NCBI GenBank assembly: GCA_964016885.1
Contig: OZ024742.1
Coordinates: 193,006,001 to 193,070,000, forward strand
Direction: 5' to 3'
Source: Eledone cirrhosa
Taxonomy: Eukaryota
Length of the DNA stretch: 64,000 nucleotides
The notes beneath the pieces were generated by a model that ran no database searches, had not been told where the DNA came from, and saw only the letters and a program-made list of their open reading frames with translations. Position numbers and translations under genes: made by a program. Numbering within the stretch: position 1 is the stretch's first letter; every line of letters starts with the position of its first letter. Positions 25,715-39,925 of this stretch are shown here, piece by piece.

Positions 25715-27300
25715 TTAAAAATAATATTTCAAATATTGAACGCCAATGGGAGGTAGGTTATATCTAAGAAAACGAAAAAGAAAAGAGGAAACAAGGGAAG
25801 CTGTAAAACAGCTAGAGTTTCTGTTGTTGAATCTTTTCGTAGCTTCCATGTACTCAAATATTTGGTTTATATTTGTTAGACATGTAATCAAATATTTCAA
25901 TTCCAATCTCGGTAGTTTTTTAAAGATTGGTTTCAGCATGGCCTCTCTCTCCGACTGATAGCTTCTACATTGGAACAAATGGTGCCAAAGTGTATCTGGA
26001 GAGTCACCACAAGAACATAATGATGAATCTCTATGACCTGTTCTTGACATAATATAGTACATAGGTATATGTCCAGTTCGTATCCAGCATAGTCTTTTTT
26101 TTATTTGCATTCCTCAATGATCTATTAGTTATGAATATTGTCAAATCTGTTTGAGAAAGTGGGGGATTAAAATTGTTAAGCTCATAATTGGATTCTTCAC
26201 AAAGTATATTGGTATTTAATTGAAATGATTTTGTATTTCAGAACCCTTCAGAATTATATTGTCCTGTCCACAATTATGTATTACAAAAAATCACTTGGAA
26301 TTGATTACCGTACCTCAACTTACAGCAGTTCTACAGGTGCCAAGGTTAGATTTTATTATTCAAATCTTATTAGAATATAGTACCTCATTTTGTTTTATAT
26401 TTTTCATTTAAACATCTGTAATAGAAAACGGCTACCATATCCAAAAGACTAATACAATATAATTAGCTTTGTTGCCATTGCCGTGTAAATATGCCAGATT
26501 ATACATCATTAAATATTGTTAACGCAAATCAGATGCCATTTTCGAAATATATGATCCAACCATACACGTTAGTTGCGTATCATGATTCAAAATAGAGACA
26601 CATATTAAAGTATTATAAACATACATGACTGTTGCTATGACTTCATTACCAATCACAATAAGAATCACAATAAGTTAGTGGTACATCTAATTATGACCAG
26701 TCCGTCAAAAATGCACTCTATGCATATGAGCATCTCCTTAGATGCACGAAATGCAAAATATTCATTGAAGATAAATAAAATCCTGAAGCACGTATGGCGT
26801 TCTCACACGGCCACTGATGTAGCGGTGGTATGATTGTGGTGTCAAATACGCACTGCGAGAGTGAAACATAAATATATTGTAAATCTTTACATCTATGATT
26901 TTACCTACTCAAACATACTTCTTAATTGTAAAGCACCAAAATGTAAGTTAATACTGGGGCCCATAATTTCAATGCCCGAGTATATATGTATAAGCAGATC
27001 TAGATCCAATAGAACAAAACAGATAAAATACATGGAATTATTGCCTGACATAAATATACCCAAGAATATGTCAAAGTTCTCAGATAGCAAAATATGTGTT
27101 GGTGGGTTAAAAAATATTTTGCAAAACTTCCAAATAGGCAATTATGGGCGACGAATAGTTAGAATCGCCAGAACTGAACTTTTTTGTTCCTGCTTTCCAC
27201 GACAAGGATAAAATACCCTGCATTGTTTCAGGGAAAGTAAAATAATGTAACAGTTCATGGCGGGGATGTTAAGACCATCGGAGGAGATGCCTAGTAATGT
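25715..27300 (-). pseudogene. Old, highly decayed LINE (I/Jockey-group-like RT remnants + C-terminal CCHC)
   Basis: RTGH..CSCGDSPDTLWHHLFQC in ORF 25715-26110, with degenerate RT-like stretches upstream (GDSNYSSPI, FVLLDL). Confidence 0.55.
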
Positions 27301-29289
27301 GTATTCCATTATTTAATCGTGAAGTCAATGTCTACTAGACTATTGCTATTAGTCTGGAGTAATACTGTATTGTGTGAAATTTCTCTGAAATCATATTACG
27401 TCACTTGGACCTGTTTCTCCTAAATAATTTTCACGACTCGATCCCTAAATATTTCTGTGAGACTTATAGATAAAATATAATGCTGATAATAGAAAAAATA
27501 GGTATATGTACCTGTATTAATAAAACAACTGTCATTTCATAACAGTAACATATTAAAATAGAAGCTATTGGATATTACGTAGAACGTCGTGAAGAACTGT
27601 CAAACATTACTGACACACCCTGTAGAAACCTCATTTTTCACAAAAGCCCCAAGTATTTATTGAACCCCATGTCTTTTTCTAAAACCTAGGCTGGAGATTA
27701 CCTGTTTTCTATATACTTCCAATTTTCTTACGTAAGAATGTAATTATAAAACTTCCTTCTTATGTAAGTAAAGAATCAATACTGTTGTCTATCTTCCGTA
27801 TCATGTTTTTGTTGTAAATTATTACAGATGAGAAAGTATTTTCGGCAATTCCTATCAGTTATATCATTTCATAGATGTTATATTCCTAGAATGAGAATAC
27901 AACATGATATTTGCTTGCAGCTATGTTATATCTGAAATATATATCTGTTTTCATAGTTTTCATTTTAGTAACATATCTATATTAAGAAAAACTCGATTAG
28001 AAAATTGTTTTCCTTTTAAGTTAATAATAAAAGTGGGGTACTCGTAGTTTATCGTATATTTACAGATTTGTGGAAAAGAAATTTAAAAAAACGTTACATT
28101 TAAATGTATAAATAAAATCGCAATAAAATAGGCTAGTTTGCATACAATTACAATTATGTATTCTGTTTCAGCAAATAATGAAGATATGTGGCTTGGTGTG
28201 GGAATTAGGCTGTCCGGTTTATGATAAGAAAATAATGGGATTCGTTTCCATAATAGATGTCGTGTTGAGTAATGCACTTCCTTACAAGTTTTTTTTTAAA
28301 TTTAATAAGTTGGGAAAATGCGTAGTGACAGATTATTGTCCCGTTTTTGAGAAACGCATGGAACTGGGATAAACTCCGAACTAATGATACTCTAGACTCG
28401 AGATTGACTACTGCAATACAATAGTTAATTAAATTCAAAGTTTGATTAAATATACGTTACTACAGCTCTCCCAGGAGATAACATGTCATTGTTACAACCA
28501 CCACTCGCACCCAGTCATTTCCGATTGGGTATGTCTATGATCAAAGAAGTTTCTAGGCATGCGCGTCCGCCTTTCTTTTAGAAACAATATATCTCTGCAG
28601 TATTCAATAAGTCAATTTGATAGGATTGAAAAAAAGTGATATGGCTGTTAGTTCTACGACGTTAGGCGACCAAGAAGAATGCAGGATTTAACTCTAATTT
28701 ACAGTTTTCTTCTGTTGGAAAATGTCTAGTTCTAAGAATTGCAAATAACCATATTATTGATAAATGTAAATCTAGTGTGTAAAGTATTTTTTGTTTATTT
28801 GTTTCCTCTCTTTGAAATGTATCTCTATCCTCATTATTCTTGCTTCCTCTAAAAAAATATGTGTACATCGTTAACAGCTTTTGTCTCCTTCATGTTCTTC
28901 CTTCATATAACTTAATTCTTCTTCATCTTATTTTATATTCCCACGTATATCCGACTCTGTATTTTATCTATTTATCAAATACTATTACAAAGAATACTGT
29001 TACAGAAAAAAACATTAGGATCAAAGAATAACATAGAGTTCCTTGTTATAAGAACAAATGTTATAAAACTACTTGTATTATCATATTAAGCTCCTAGTAC
29101 TATTCTAAAAAACTAACAAAACTACAGATTATAATAACATTTTAACACTGTTATATATTATTCAGAATAATGGGTTGTATCGAATTCCTCCTATAGACAT
29201 TTTCAGTGGAATCACTATAACAATAAAAGAAGAAATGTCGCAGAAAAACTATTTGATAAAGGAAGGAAAAATTATAAGGAATGTAATAA

Positions 29290-30015
29290 TAATTGTTTCT
29301 ACTTTTGATACAAAGCCAGCAATTATCCCAGTGTATTACTGGTACTTTATTCTATCGACCCCGTAAGGATGAAAGGCAAAGATATCCTCGGCAGGATTTG
29401 AACTCAGACCATAAAGAACCGTAACTCATTGCTGCAAAGCACGGCGTCCGACCCTCTAGCGATAGTGCCAATCCACCGCCCTCTGAGTTCAAATCCTGCC
29501 GAGGTTAACTTTGCCTTTCATCCATACGGGGTCGATAAAATATAGCACCAGTAATAAACTGGGATAATTGCTGGCCTTGTGCCAAAAGTAGAAACAATTA
29601 TTATTATTGGTGGGTTGGCCGTATTGGTAGAGCCTCAGATACTACGCTTTGCAGCATAGAGTTATGGCCCTCTGATTTCAAATCCCGCCCAGGTTAGCTT
29701 TGCCTTTCATTCTTACGGGGTCGATAAAATAAAGCACCAGTAATGCAGTGTTATAATTGCTGGCCTTGTGCCAAAAGTAGCATTATTATTATTATCATCA
29801 TCATCATCGTTATTATTATTAGTTTATGCGCTAGATTGCCAGTATCGGTAGAAGACCAAATGTCATGCATTGCACCTTAGAGTTACAGCCCTTTCCGTTC
29901 TGAGTTCAAATTCCGTCGAGGTTAACTTTGCCTTTCATCTTTAAGGGGTCGATAAAGTGAAGTACCAATAATGCACTGCGGTAATTGCTGGCCTTGTGCC
30001 AAAAGTAGAAATAAT
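29290..30015. mobile_element. Cluster of four tRNA/Nin-domain SINEs (29290-29481 minus; ~29483-29598, ~29608-29782, ~29833-30012 plus)
   Basis: Repeated GAGTTCAAATCC.GCCGAGGTTAACTTTGCCTTTCATC..GGGGTCGATAAA motifs separated by (ATT)n. Confidence 0.85.
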
Positions 30016-30619
30016 TATGATTAGTTTATGCTGACCAAGTAAGACATCTTATTAAGTTGCTTTTCGAGCCAAAGGAATGTTCATTACTTGTTATAGTGCT
30101 AGAATGTATTTATTCATAAACAAAGAGCTTCGGAATGTTTAATTTATGGGGTTTTAAACTAAGAAATATCAAATATGTTATACATTTAGACGTATTTTCT
30201 TTCTTAATTCAAGTTGAAAGCTTACGAAATTTTCAAGGCACATAATTTGTAAGAATAAAAACTAACAATGAAAAAAATCAACACCGTTCCCGAATTGACA
30301 ATAAATTATAAATACATGAAATAATTTCATTATAAAGCAAATTATTAAGGCTGAACCCGAAAATAAAATACGAAGAAAAGAATAATATTCTAACATGAAA
30401 AATGCAAATGTGAATTCCACCGGTGGTATTGTTGGTAACAAAAAGACTGATGCACACATATACTTGCACACGCACACATACATGTCTGTATGCATATTAC
30501 GCACATACATATCTGTATCCACTCATATGTACATACATACGTGCACACACCCACACACACACACATATATATATGTTTATATATATGTATATATGTATGT
30601 ATATATATATGTATATATG

Positions 30620-30652
<33 letters not shown>

Positions 30653-30671
30653 ATATATATATGTATATATG

Positions 30672-30704
<33 letters not shown>

Positions 30705-31700
30705 GTATATATATATATATATGTATATAAATATATATATGTATACATTTAGACGTGTTTTATATATGTATATATAGGTATTTTATTTTATATTATATTA
30801 TATACATTATGTACTTCAATTATACTATGTACTGTATTTATATCTCTCTCTCTATGTATATATATTTATATGTATATATATCTGTGTGTGCGTATGTATA
30901 TATATGAATATATTCTTTTAATAATATATATATTTTTTAATAATATATAGTCTTAATAATATATAGATTTCTTAATAATATATGGATCTCAATTTTTAAT
31001 GTATAGATCTCAATAATTTAAATGATAAACTAAACATTTAATCATATTTAAACAATGGTTAACATTCTCCTATTATGTATGATTAACTTTACCTTTCATC
31101 CTTACGGGGTCGATAAAATAAAGTACCAGTAATGCTCTGGGTAATTGCTGGCTTGTACCAAACATAGAAACAATTATGTATGTATTTTCCATTCACGCTT
31201 ATTTACACTTCACTATTCATCCATTAAATATTTATTCTTTCACTTCATCTCAAAAGTTAAGCTAATACAACCTATCACTTAGAGCTTTCGCTTTTTTTTT
31301 TCTTCTCTTTCTCCTTTTCTTATTTTCCTCTTAGAGTTTGTCTTTTTTCTCTTTTTTTTCTTTTTTCTATCTCTCTTTGTTCCCTCTCTTTTTTTTTCTC
31401 TCTCTCTTTCTCCGTAACCCAAGGGCTTATTTAAATCTACTCTGATTTAAAAATATCCGAAACTAATTTACATAATAGTATAAATAAATTTATAACTCCA
31501 CTATCCGGGAGCTTCCAACAGAAATGGTCGCATTCTTTAAGGGTTTGTCAATATTTATTTATAAAACTGATCTATATTATATTTCATCTGAAGAAAGCAC
31601 ACCATAATTTAACTTGGTGTCCTTGAAATATGTATAATGAAATAAATATGGTTTTATAAATATAGTTTCCATTTGTTAATATATCGTATATATATATATA

Positions 31701-31787
<87 letters not shown>

Positions 31788-31795
<8 letters not shown>

Positions 31796-32293
31796 ATATA
31801 TAGTATATTTGGCAATATACCGTATGTTTAAATAAACATATTTTGAAGACCTTGCGCTAACATTTTTAAAGCAATGACTATGTCACCTACTTCTTTTTTC
31901 GGCAAAAGAAGGGATAAAAGCTGACAGATTCTGTTTCACGCTGTTGGCGATCCTCAGAGCATCGTACTCCCGCCTTTGCCGATAATTTTAGAGGTTTGAT
32001 TCTTATAGAATTCCAGTAATAAACTGGAACTGATTATACAGAGCGGTTGTCGGTCCAACAAAAATTAAAAATTGGGATTGGTGCTCTGAAATAGCGATGT
32101 ATACATGAATGTATGTATCGGCTATCGCTCTGTATGATCAGTTCCTGATTATTACTGGAATTCTATAAGAATCCAGCTGAGGATCGCCACCAGCGTGAAG
32201 TAGAATCTGTTAACTTCTCTCCTTTCTTTTGCCGAAAAAATAAGTAAGTGACATAGTCACTGCTTTAAAAATGATAGCGCAAGTTCTTCTAAA
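31788..32293. mobile_element. Palindromic non-coding PLE-derived element (continues at 38479-38566 after Helitron insertion)
   Basis: Inverted arms ~31845-32045 / ~32115-32293. Homologous to 6350-6740. Carries an HHR. Confidence 0.75.
31920..31960 (-). ncRNA. Minimal type I hammerhead ribozyme
   Basis: Reverse complement: GCT CTGAGGA T CGC caaca GCG T GAAAC AGA A TCT GTC AGC. Confidence 0.7.
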
Positions 32294-32855
32294 TGTAATC
32301 TATAATAAAGCAAGGGCTGCAGGACTGCGTACGGTTTATTTCTTTTAATCCAGTTAGTAAAATAAGTTGGATTACTTTGAATAAATAATAAATGAATATT
32401 ACATAATTTATGTGCTAAATTTCGTAAACAAATAATTTCGTAAACATAATTAATCTAAAATTGACTTCTTTTCAAAATTGCACTTCCGTTATATCGTCGC
32501 CACCACCACCACTTCAACTACCATATATATAGAAAGAGAGAGTGTGTGATGAGAGAGATAGAGAGATTATGATTTTCTTCACACTGACTCGTATGAGTGT
32601 GCACATACATACATCTATATGTATGAGTATATAACTATAATCGCGCAAACACAAACTTATAAAAATACACACTCACGGACATAATTCACACAAATACACA
32701 TACATTCACACATATACATTTACACAAACACCCACATTCAGTCATGATAGCGTTTGATTTAATTGGAAATGGGAGGGTAAAACAAGTAAAACGTTTTATT
32801 TATTAACTCGTTATTTATTTATTAACTCTTTTTTTTTTAAACTCATTTAATATAA

Positions 32856-33427
32856 CTAGCAGAAAAACCACCCCTCGGGTGGTTTTCTGTTTGATTGTGT
32901 AGTGTTTATATTGATGTTATACGCAAGTATATATGGATGTAGATATTATACATAAAAAAAACCCACAATTGACAACATACACAGAAATTGAACGAAGACT
33001 GTGTTACACTGTCTTTTGTAATCATTAAAAAGACGATATTATATATCTGCTAACATGTGTTGCGTGTATATTAATATTATAGGCAAGTATATATGCATGT
33101 AGATATGATCAAATAAAATCGTAATTGACAATTATAATGATACATGAAAAAAAGACGATATTATATATAAACTGCATTAGGAGAAAATTAATGACAGAAA
33201 TATATGAATATATAATTAAACGATCGCTAACCGGAAGTGTTGACATTTGAACATTTTAAAGAAGTGAATCTTTAAATAAGTAATTTTTAATGAACAGCCA
33301 CGAAATTTAGTAGATAAATTATGTAATATTCATTCATTATTTATTCAAAGTAATCCAACTTATTTTACTAAGGATCATAACAAATTGTAAACCGTACGCA
33401 GTCTCGCGCTTCTTACTTTATTATAGT
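32856..33427 (-). mobile_element. Nested non-autonomous mini-Helitron of the same family, opposite orientation
   Basis: The minus strand begins ACTATAATAAAG..GACTGCGTACGGTTT and ends AAAACCACCCGAGGGGTGGTTTTTCTGCTAG|T. Confidence 0.65.
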
Positions 33428-33634
33428 TTAGGTTAAGCACTGTTGTACGCTCATTGATTAGATATATATATAAATGTAACAGCATATAAATTATGTCTGA
33501 CGTAGATACACACACACACACATATATATATATTTATATATATGCACACACACATATATACCACACAAAAATCGGCTTCCGAAGTTAGTGAAGCTAACGG
33601 ACACACGCACACAAATATATATATTCATATATAG

Positions 33635-33829
33635 GCGCGAAGTCTGGTCCGAAGTGCGCATGCGCGAAGGGTGGTCCGAAGTACACATGCGCGAAGTCTG
33701 GTTCAAAGTTCGAATGCGTAAAGGCAGGTCCGTACAGTGTACGCGAGAAGGCTGGTCTGAAGTGCGCATGCGCGATGGCTGGTCCGTACTACGCATGCGC
33801 GATGGCTGGTCCGTACTGCGCATGCGCGA
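33635..33829. repeat. GC-rich 27-bp minisatellite, ~7 units
   Basis: Consensus GCGCGAAGGCTGGTCCGAAGTGCGCAT. Confidence 0.85.
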
Positions 33830-34232
33830 ATATATATATTTATATATATATAGAGACACAAATCGTCTACCGAGGTTAGTGAAGCTATTATTAATCCTCC
33901 CTGGATGAAGTAACTTGCAAATTCTTCGTAATTCTTGAAATGCATCTAACGGACACACTCTCTAGAATAGATATATTTATGTGTGTGAGAGAGAGAGGTA
34001 GATAGACATGTAGGTTGTCAAGTAGTTAGATAGGTCGATAGATCGATACGTAGATATATAGGTAGGTAGATAGAACGATAGATGATAGTGTGATTATCTG
34101 TATATGTGGCTGTGTGTATGTATGTGAAGATGTGGAAATAAGGAAAGGATAATTTACTACAGTACCAATGATTCAATCCACAGGTGTATATTCCATTTTA
34201 CCATTGCATAGTACATAGACTCACTCACACAA

Positions 34233-34294
<62 letters not shown>

Positions 34295-34849
34295 TGTTTT
34301 TATGTGTGTGTATATGTGTGTGCGCATACATGTTTATGTGTATATATATGTATATGTGTGTGTGTATCTGTTTTCTTATGTGTGTGTGCATATGTGTGTT
34401 ACTGTATGTGTGTGCGTTCTTGTCCGTGTGAGTGTGTGTCTCGTGATTCTATTGTTGAGAGTTAGAATCCCATTAATGCGTTGTGTTCTTGAGCAAGACA
34501 CTTTATTTCGCCTTTCTTCTCTCCACTGAAGTAAAATGAAGTGTACTCTGCCAGTAAGTCGAAGAATCAATATAGTCCCACCCTGAAACCCTAAGTGTCT
34601 ATGGAATGCTCAGACACTCTCACCTTAATTTCAGGCAGTTCCATTTGATAAACCTAGCTGGAAGAATTCTTGTCATAAGCGATAGGGTACCATCATACAT
34701 ATGAACACATAGACACACACACGTTTCAAAGAGAATAGAAGAGATCAAAAAAATAAGTACTAGATTTTAAAAAATATATACTGGAATTGAGGTCAAGAAA
34801 ATCCTTTAATCGTGGTACCCCAGCTTGGGCACAGTCTAACGTCTGAAAC

Positions 34850-37800
34850 AAGTGCAGGCCGGAGAATTGTTCTTCTTCCTTCAATCTATTGTTCCCCTCG
34901 CTTCTACAGTGAATGCTTTCAGAATTCGATGACTGTGGTTCGACACATGGGAAAGCCATCTTATTTCATCACGGTAACAACTAACCCTAACTGGGATGAA
35001 ATAAAAAATAGTTTGCACCCCGGTGAACAACCTAGAGACCGTCCTAATATTTGTGCAAAAGTCTTCAAGATCAAGTATGACAGCCTCATGGATGACATAC
35101 TGAAAGAAATGTTCTAGGAAAGGTTGTGGCTCATTCTGCTACAATAGATTGGTAGAAAACAAGGCCTCACCCATGCTCATATTCTGCTGATAATGGCTCA
35201 AGATAGTAAGCCCAAAAACTGCTGTTGCCATTGATCAGGTAGTATACTGTGTGATTTCTGATAAAGCGACCAATCCAATTATGTATAAGATCATCACATC
35301 CTGCAACATTCATGGCTCTGGTGGACAAGCTAATATGATGTGCTCATGTATGGAAGGGCTAGGACAACAACGCCATTGCTCAAAAAGTTATCCCAAGGCA
35401 TTCAGACAAACCACATTTGTTGCCGAAAATTCCTTTCCGGAGTATAGAAAAAGGGATTGACAGCATGGTGACCACACCCATACAATCCGACTTAAAGGTC
35501 AAGAATTTACTGTTGATAATCGTTGGATTGTTCCATACAACCCTTTCCTCTCATTGCCACATCAATTGTGAGGTTGTCCACAGTGTCAAGGCTGTTAAGT
35601 ACTTATATAAGTACATCGCAGATGATCAAGGAAATTGTGTCCATGCCCAAAATGAGATTGAGACCTATATCAATGCACGGTATATCTCAGACAGTGAAGC
35701 ATTCTGGAGAATCTATAAATTTGCATTACATCACCAAAAAGCGCTAGTTGAAAAGTTGCCTTGCCATTTACCTGGGGAACAAATGGTCGTGTATGAGCGA
35801 GAGCAGGAAGAAAGTGTTGTTTCTAGGGGACAGCCAATGACTAAGTTGACGGAATATTTTCAAATGAATATTAGAGATCCACTGGCACAAAACATATTGT
35901 ATATTAATATTCCTAAATATTTCACTTGGGCAAACAAAAAGTGCAAAAAAGTAAAAAGGGACATCTGGATGGTGATCAACAATTTATGAGTGAACCTCTT
36001 GGGCGCATTCCAACAGTATCTCTCAGTAGACATTAATCTGAATTATATTACCTCAGTATGAACCTACATCATAAGGCAAGGTCAACTTTATACAAAGATT
36101 TGAGGACAATTGGAGGAGTTGTATTTCCAACATTCAAAGAAGCATGCAGGAAACTTGGTCTGTTCGAAAAAGACAAAGCTATGGAAGAGGCCTCATCCAT
36201 TACGATTGGTCCTCAGCTGCGAGAGATTTTCTGCACCATTTTTTTGTACAACATGCCAAATGACCCTCTGCAGTTCTGGGAGAAATGGAAGAATTGTCTT
36301 GCAGGGGATATCATGCATGAACCTCGTGAGCAAGTCATGTCCAAGCAAACTGTGCAGATTGTTCTACAGAAGATCCAACAAAGACTTCAACATGATGGTT
36401 TGGACATTCATGCCAACTATGGACTTCTTCAGCCAGACCCAACTATTGTTGCCATACCAGAAATCAACAGGGTCCTTATGGCAGAAACTGATTTCAATAC
36501 ACACCAACTGCAAGCAAACATAATGAATTTCTGCCAACATTGAATCCTGAGCAACTGGTTATTTTTCACAAAGTAATCACGTCTGTAAATGAAAATGAAG
36601 GCAGAATGTTCTGCTTGACTGCAAGTGCAGGTACAGGAAAGACCTATGTCATAAACATCCTATTGGACTATCTCCGATCTAAAACATAAATTGCACTTGC
36701 CACTGCCATATCTGTATTAGCAGCCACAGAGGTAGAACACTTCATTCCAAGTGCAAGATTCCTCTCAATGTGACTGCTGAATCAACTTGCTTCTTCACAA
36801 AGAGGGATGACTCAGGTAAACTAATGCAGCAAGCTGACCTGCTAATCATTGATGAGATAAGTATGGGACATAAGCATATCTTTCAATGACTTGACAGGAG
36901 CTTCAAAGATGTTCGAGATTGCAAAATGCTATTTGGTGGTCGAATAGTATTGCAAAGCAAATTCTTCTAGTTGTACGTCATGGTGCTAGACCACAATTAG
37001 TTGAGGCAACCATCAAGAAATTCTATCTCTGGGACTATGTGGGAACCATGTAGATGACAACCAATCAACGGCTAATTAATGCAGAGGATTCTGATGAAAG
37101 TCAGTTTGCAAACTAACTTCTTGATGTGGGAAATGGTAACATTCCAACTGTTCCAACTGTAGGTGTATTCACAATACTTCTGCCAAATGAACTTTGTCTG
37201 GAATATGGTAATGTGTCTGGACTGTGTGATTTTGTGTATACAAATCTTCCAGGAAACTAGACAAACCCACTATGGCTTGCAAATAGAGCCATTATCACTC
37301 CAACAAATGATGCAGCAAGATTGGTTCATGGTCAACAAGTTCCTGGTCATGAAATAATCTACAGAAGCTCTGATAGAGTAGATAATGAACTGCAATATCC
37401 AATTGAGTTCATCAACAAACTTACGCCATCAGGCTTCCCAACACACATACTTAAACCGAAGAAAGGCAGTTGCATCATTCTTCTGAAAGATTTTGATCCT
37501 CTAAACGGACATTGCAATGGTACACGCTACATCAACATCAGTTTACATAATCATGTAATTGAAGCTGAAGTGGCATTGGGTCCCAATGCTGGAACAATAT
37601 TGTTAATCCCAAGGATACCACATGTATCTCAAGAGCTTGAGTTCCCTTTCACCTTTACTGACAAGCAATTTCCTGTCAAACTAGCCTTTGCCATTATATA
37701 CAACAAGGCACAAGGGCACGCATTTGAAAAGATAGATGTATATCTACCAACACAATTCTTCTCACATGGTCAGACATATGTTGCATTATCACGAGTTACA

Positions 37801-37878
37801 AAAAAAGAAAATATTAAAATATTAAATAAAAGGGGTCTGTTTGCTGACAACTGTATCTACAAAGAAACGCTACAGTGA
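34850..37878 (+). pseudogene. Helitron Rep (HUH)/PIF1-like helicase, frameshifted
   Basis: Motifs GKPSYFITVTTNPNWDEI, GLTHAHILL, VKYLYKYI, ARYISDSEAFWRI, SAGTGKTY, LIIDEISM, GHCNGTR, QFPVKLAFA..NKAQG, FSHGQTYVALSRV. Confidence 0.92.
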
Positions 37879-38232
37879 TGTGAAACAGCTATCACTCTCT
37901 TTTAGTTAAAATACATTTCAGTTACTTTTTAACTGCTAGAAAAGGAACACTACAAAATCTTAAGAAGTCTATATGTGAATTCAGTAAAACAACAATATAG
38001 CGATGGTCAACTCTTCATATTGGTAAATGTAATTCATTCATTCATGCCAGCAGCATCTATTTTCAAATTCACTGCTTGAAGCTTCCCGTCGACATTCTCA
38101 AGTGAACATTCATGAACATTTTCCGTCAACAGTTTCATCGCTTTTCCATCTCCATTATCGCCTTTTTTAAAATGTATCATGGATTACTTTACTGATTACA
38201 GAAGTAAGTGTAACACAGTCTGTGTTCAGTTT

Positions 38233-38545
38233 ATAGCGATGTATACATGAATGTATGTATAGTATGTTTGGCAATATACCGTATGTTTAATTAAAAACAC
38301 TAGCAGAAGAACCGCCCCGGGTGGTTTTCTGTTAGCATATATGGTGTGATATACGCAAATATATATGCACATAGATATAATACGCACAATGTTCGTATTA
38401 TATCTATGTGCATATATATTTGCGTATATCACACCATATATGCTAACAGAAAACCGCCCGGGGCGGTTCTTCTGCTAGTGTTTTTAATTAAACATACGGT
38501 ATATTGCCAAACATACTATACATACATTCATGTATACATCGCTAT
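38233..38545. repeat. Near-perfect palindrome (152-bp arms, 9-nt loop)
   Basis: 38233-38384 is the reverse complement of 38394-38545 with one mismatch seen. Confidence 0.9.
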
Positions 38546-38644
38546 TTCGGAGCACCGATCCTAATTTTATATATATATATATATATATACAATACATTCA
38601 CACATACATACATACATACATAGATACATACATGCATACATACA

Positions 38645-38678
<34 letters not shown>

Positions 38679-39552
38679 CATAGAAACAAACATTCTTTGC
38701 TGAAGGACAATATTTCTGCTGTTAAGTTTGTTAGCGTCTGGAATATTTAAATATTTATGTTTCACCTTTCAGCGTACCCCACCACTACATAAAGAAGCAA
38801 TGAAAGAAAACACGTGTTTTCTTCTCTGCATCTGCTTTTTAAACTATTTGGGTGGGGTTTTTCAGTTGAATGGAACTCATATTCGTCGAGAAACATTTTG
38901 CCCCCGAGAGCCAAAATTAGATTATCGCCTTTGATGTTTCTAAATGTAAAATGCCTAATCCAAAAACAAGTAGGATCTTTTAGTCACACACCGACCCATA
39001 TGGTTGTGCCTCCGTATTAGGGGAAGGGAAGTTCGTGGGCAGCAGCAACTATATTGAATGTTGGGTTGCCATAAAATTATAAATAATATTGAAATATATG
39101 GGAGTACACAGTGATCACGGGATTTGACCCATTGTTAGCGAAGAAATAAACAGCATATGATTCATATTTATCTGCAAAGATGCTAGCTGATACTGCTATG
39201 GAAACAATGATTCTTTGAAAGAATTTGTTTTAATACACTTGATAATATAAACGGAAAGTATTGTTTTGCCGAGGCAGCAACAGAATGCATTCTCCAGTTC
39301 ACAACATGTCAAAAATCAGAAATTTAGTAAATGTATCACGCTGCACTAAAGCCTAAGAGATATTCCTAACAGTAAACCGCCCTTCACAAGACAGTAGAAA
39401 AATGGAGTAGAATAGTAGACAGGAGTAGCAAAAATAATATTCCGGAGAGAAGTGTACTAATAAAATGGATAGAATAATGCAAGTGTCCTTATGTATATCT
39501 ATATACACACAGTCTCTTTTCTTCCTCTATCTAATATATATATATAATATAT

Positions 39553-39628
<76 letters not shown>

Positions 39629-39630
39629 GC

Positions 39631-39661
<31 letters not shown>

Positions 39662-39672
39662 CACACACACAT

Positions 39673-39733
<61 letters not shown>

Positions 39734-39925
39734 AGTATGTATACGTATATTCATATATGTATACATACGTACACTAGTATGTATATAGATACGTACTTGC
39801 ACACATATATATATGTGTACGTATGTGTTTACCGAACATTTATTATAATGGTCAGTTTGTTTGTAGACAAACAGCCCGAAGTTTTAGCCATACATTGTTC
39901 AACACTGACAAATATATATATATAT

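Larger units (their letters stand above)
32294..38478 (+). mobile_element. Helitron (~6.2 kb), decayed
   Basis: 5' end (TGTAA)TCTATAATAAAG and 3' hairpin AACCGCCCGGGGCGGTT + CTGCTAG|T. The flanks rejoin as CTTCTAAA|TGTTTTTAATTAAACATAC, matching the uninterrupted family copy at 6350-6605. Contains a Rep/helicase. Confidence 0.8.

Noticed and set aside
33635-33829. CRISPR-like array
   Set aside because: Contiguous degenerate 27-bp units with no unique spacers, eukaryotic context and no cas genes.
38226-38564. Two near-identical ORFs on opposite strands
   Set aside because: A by-product of the palindrome.
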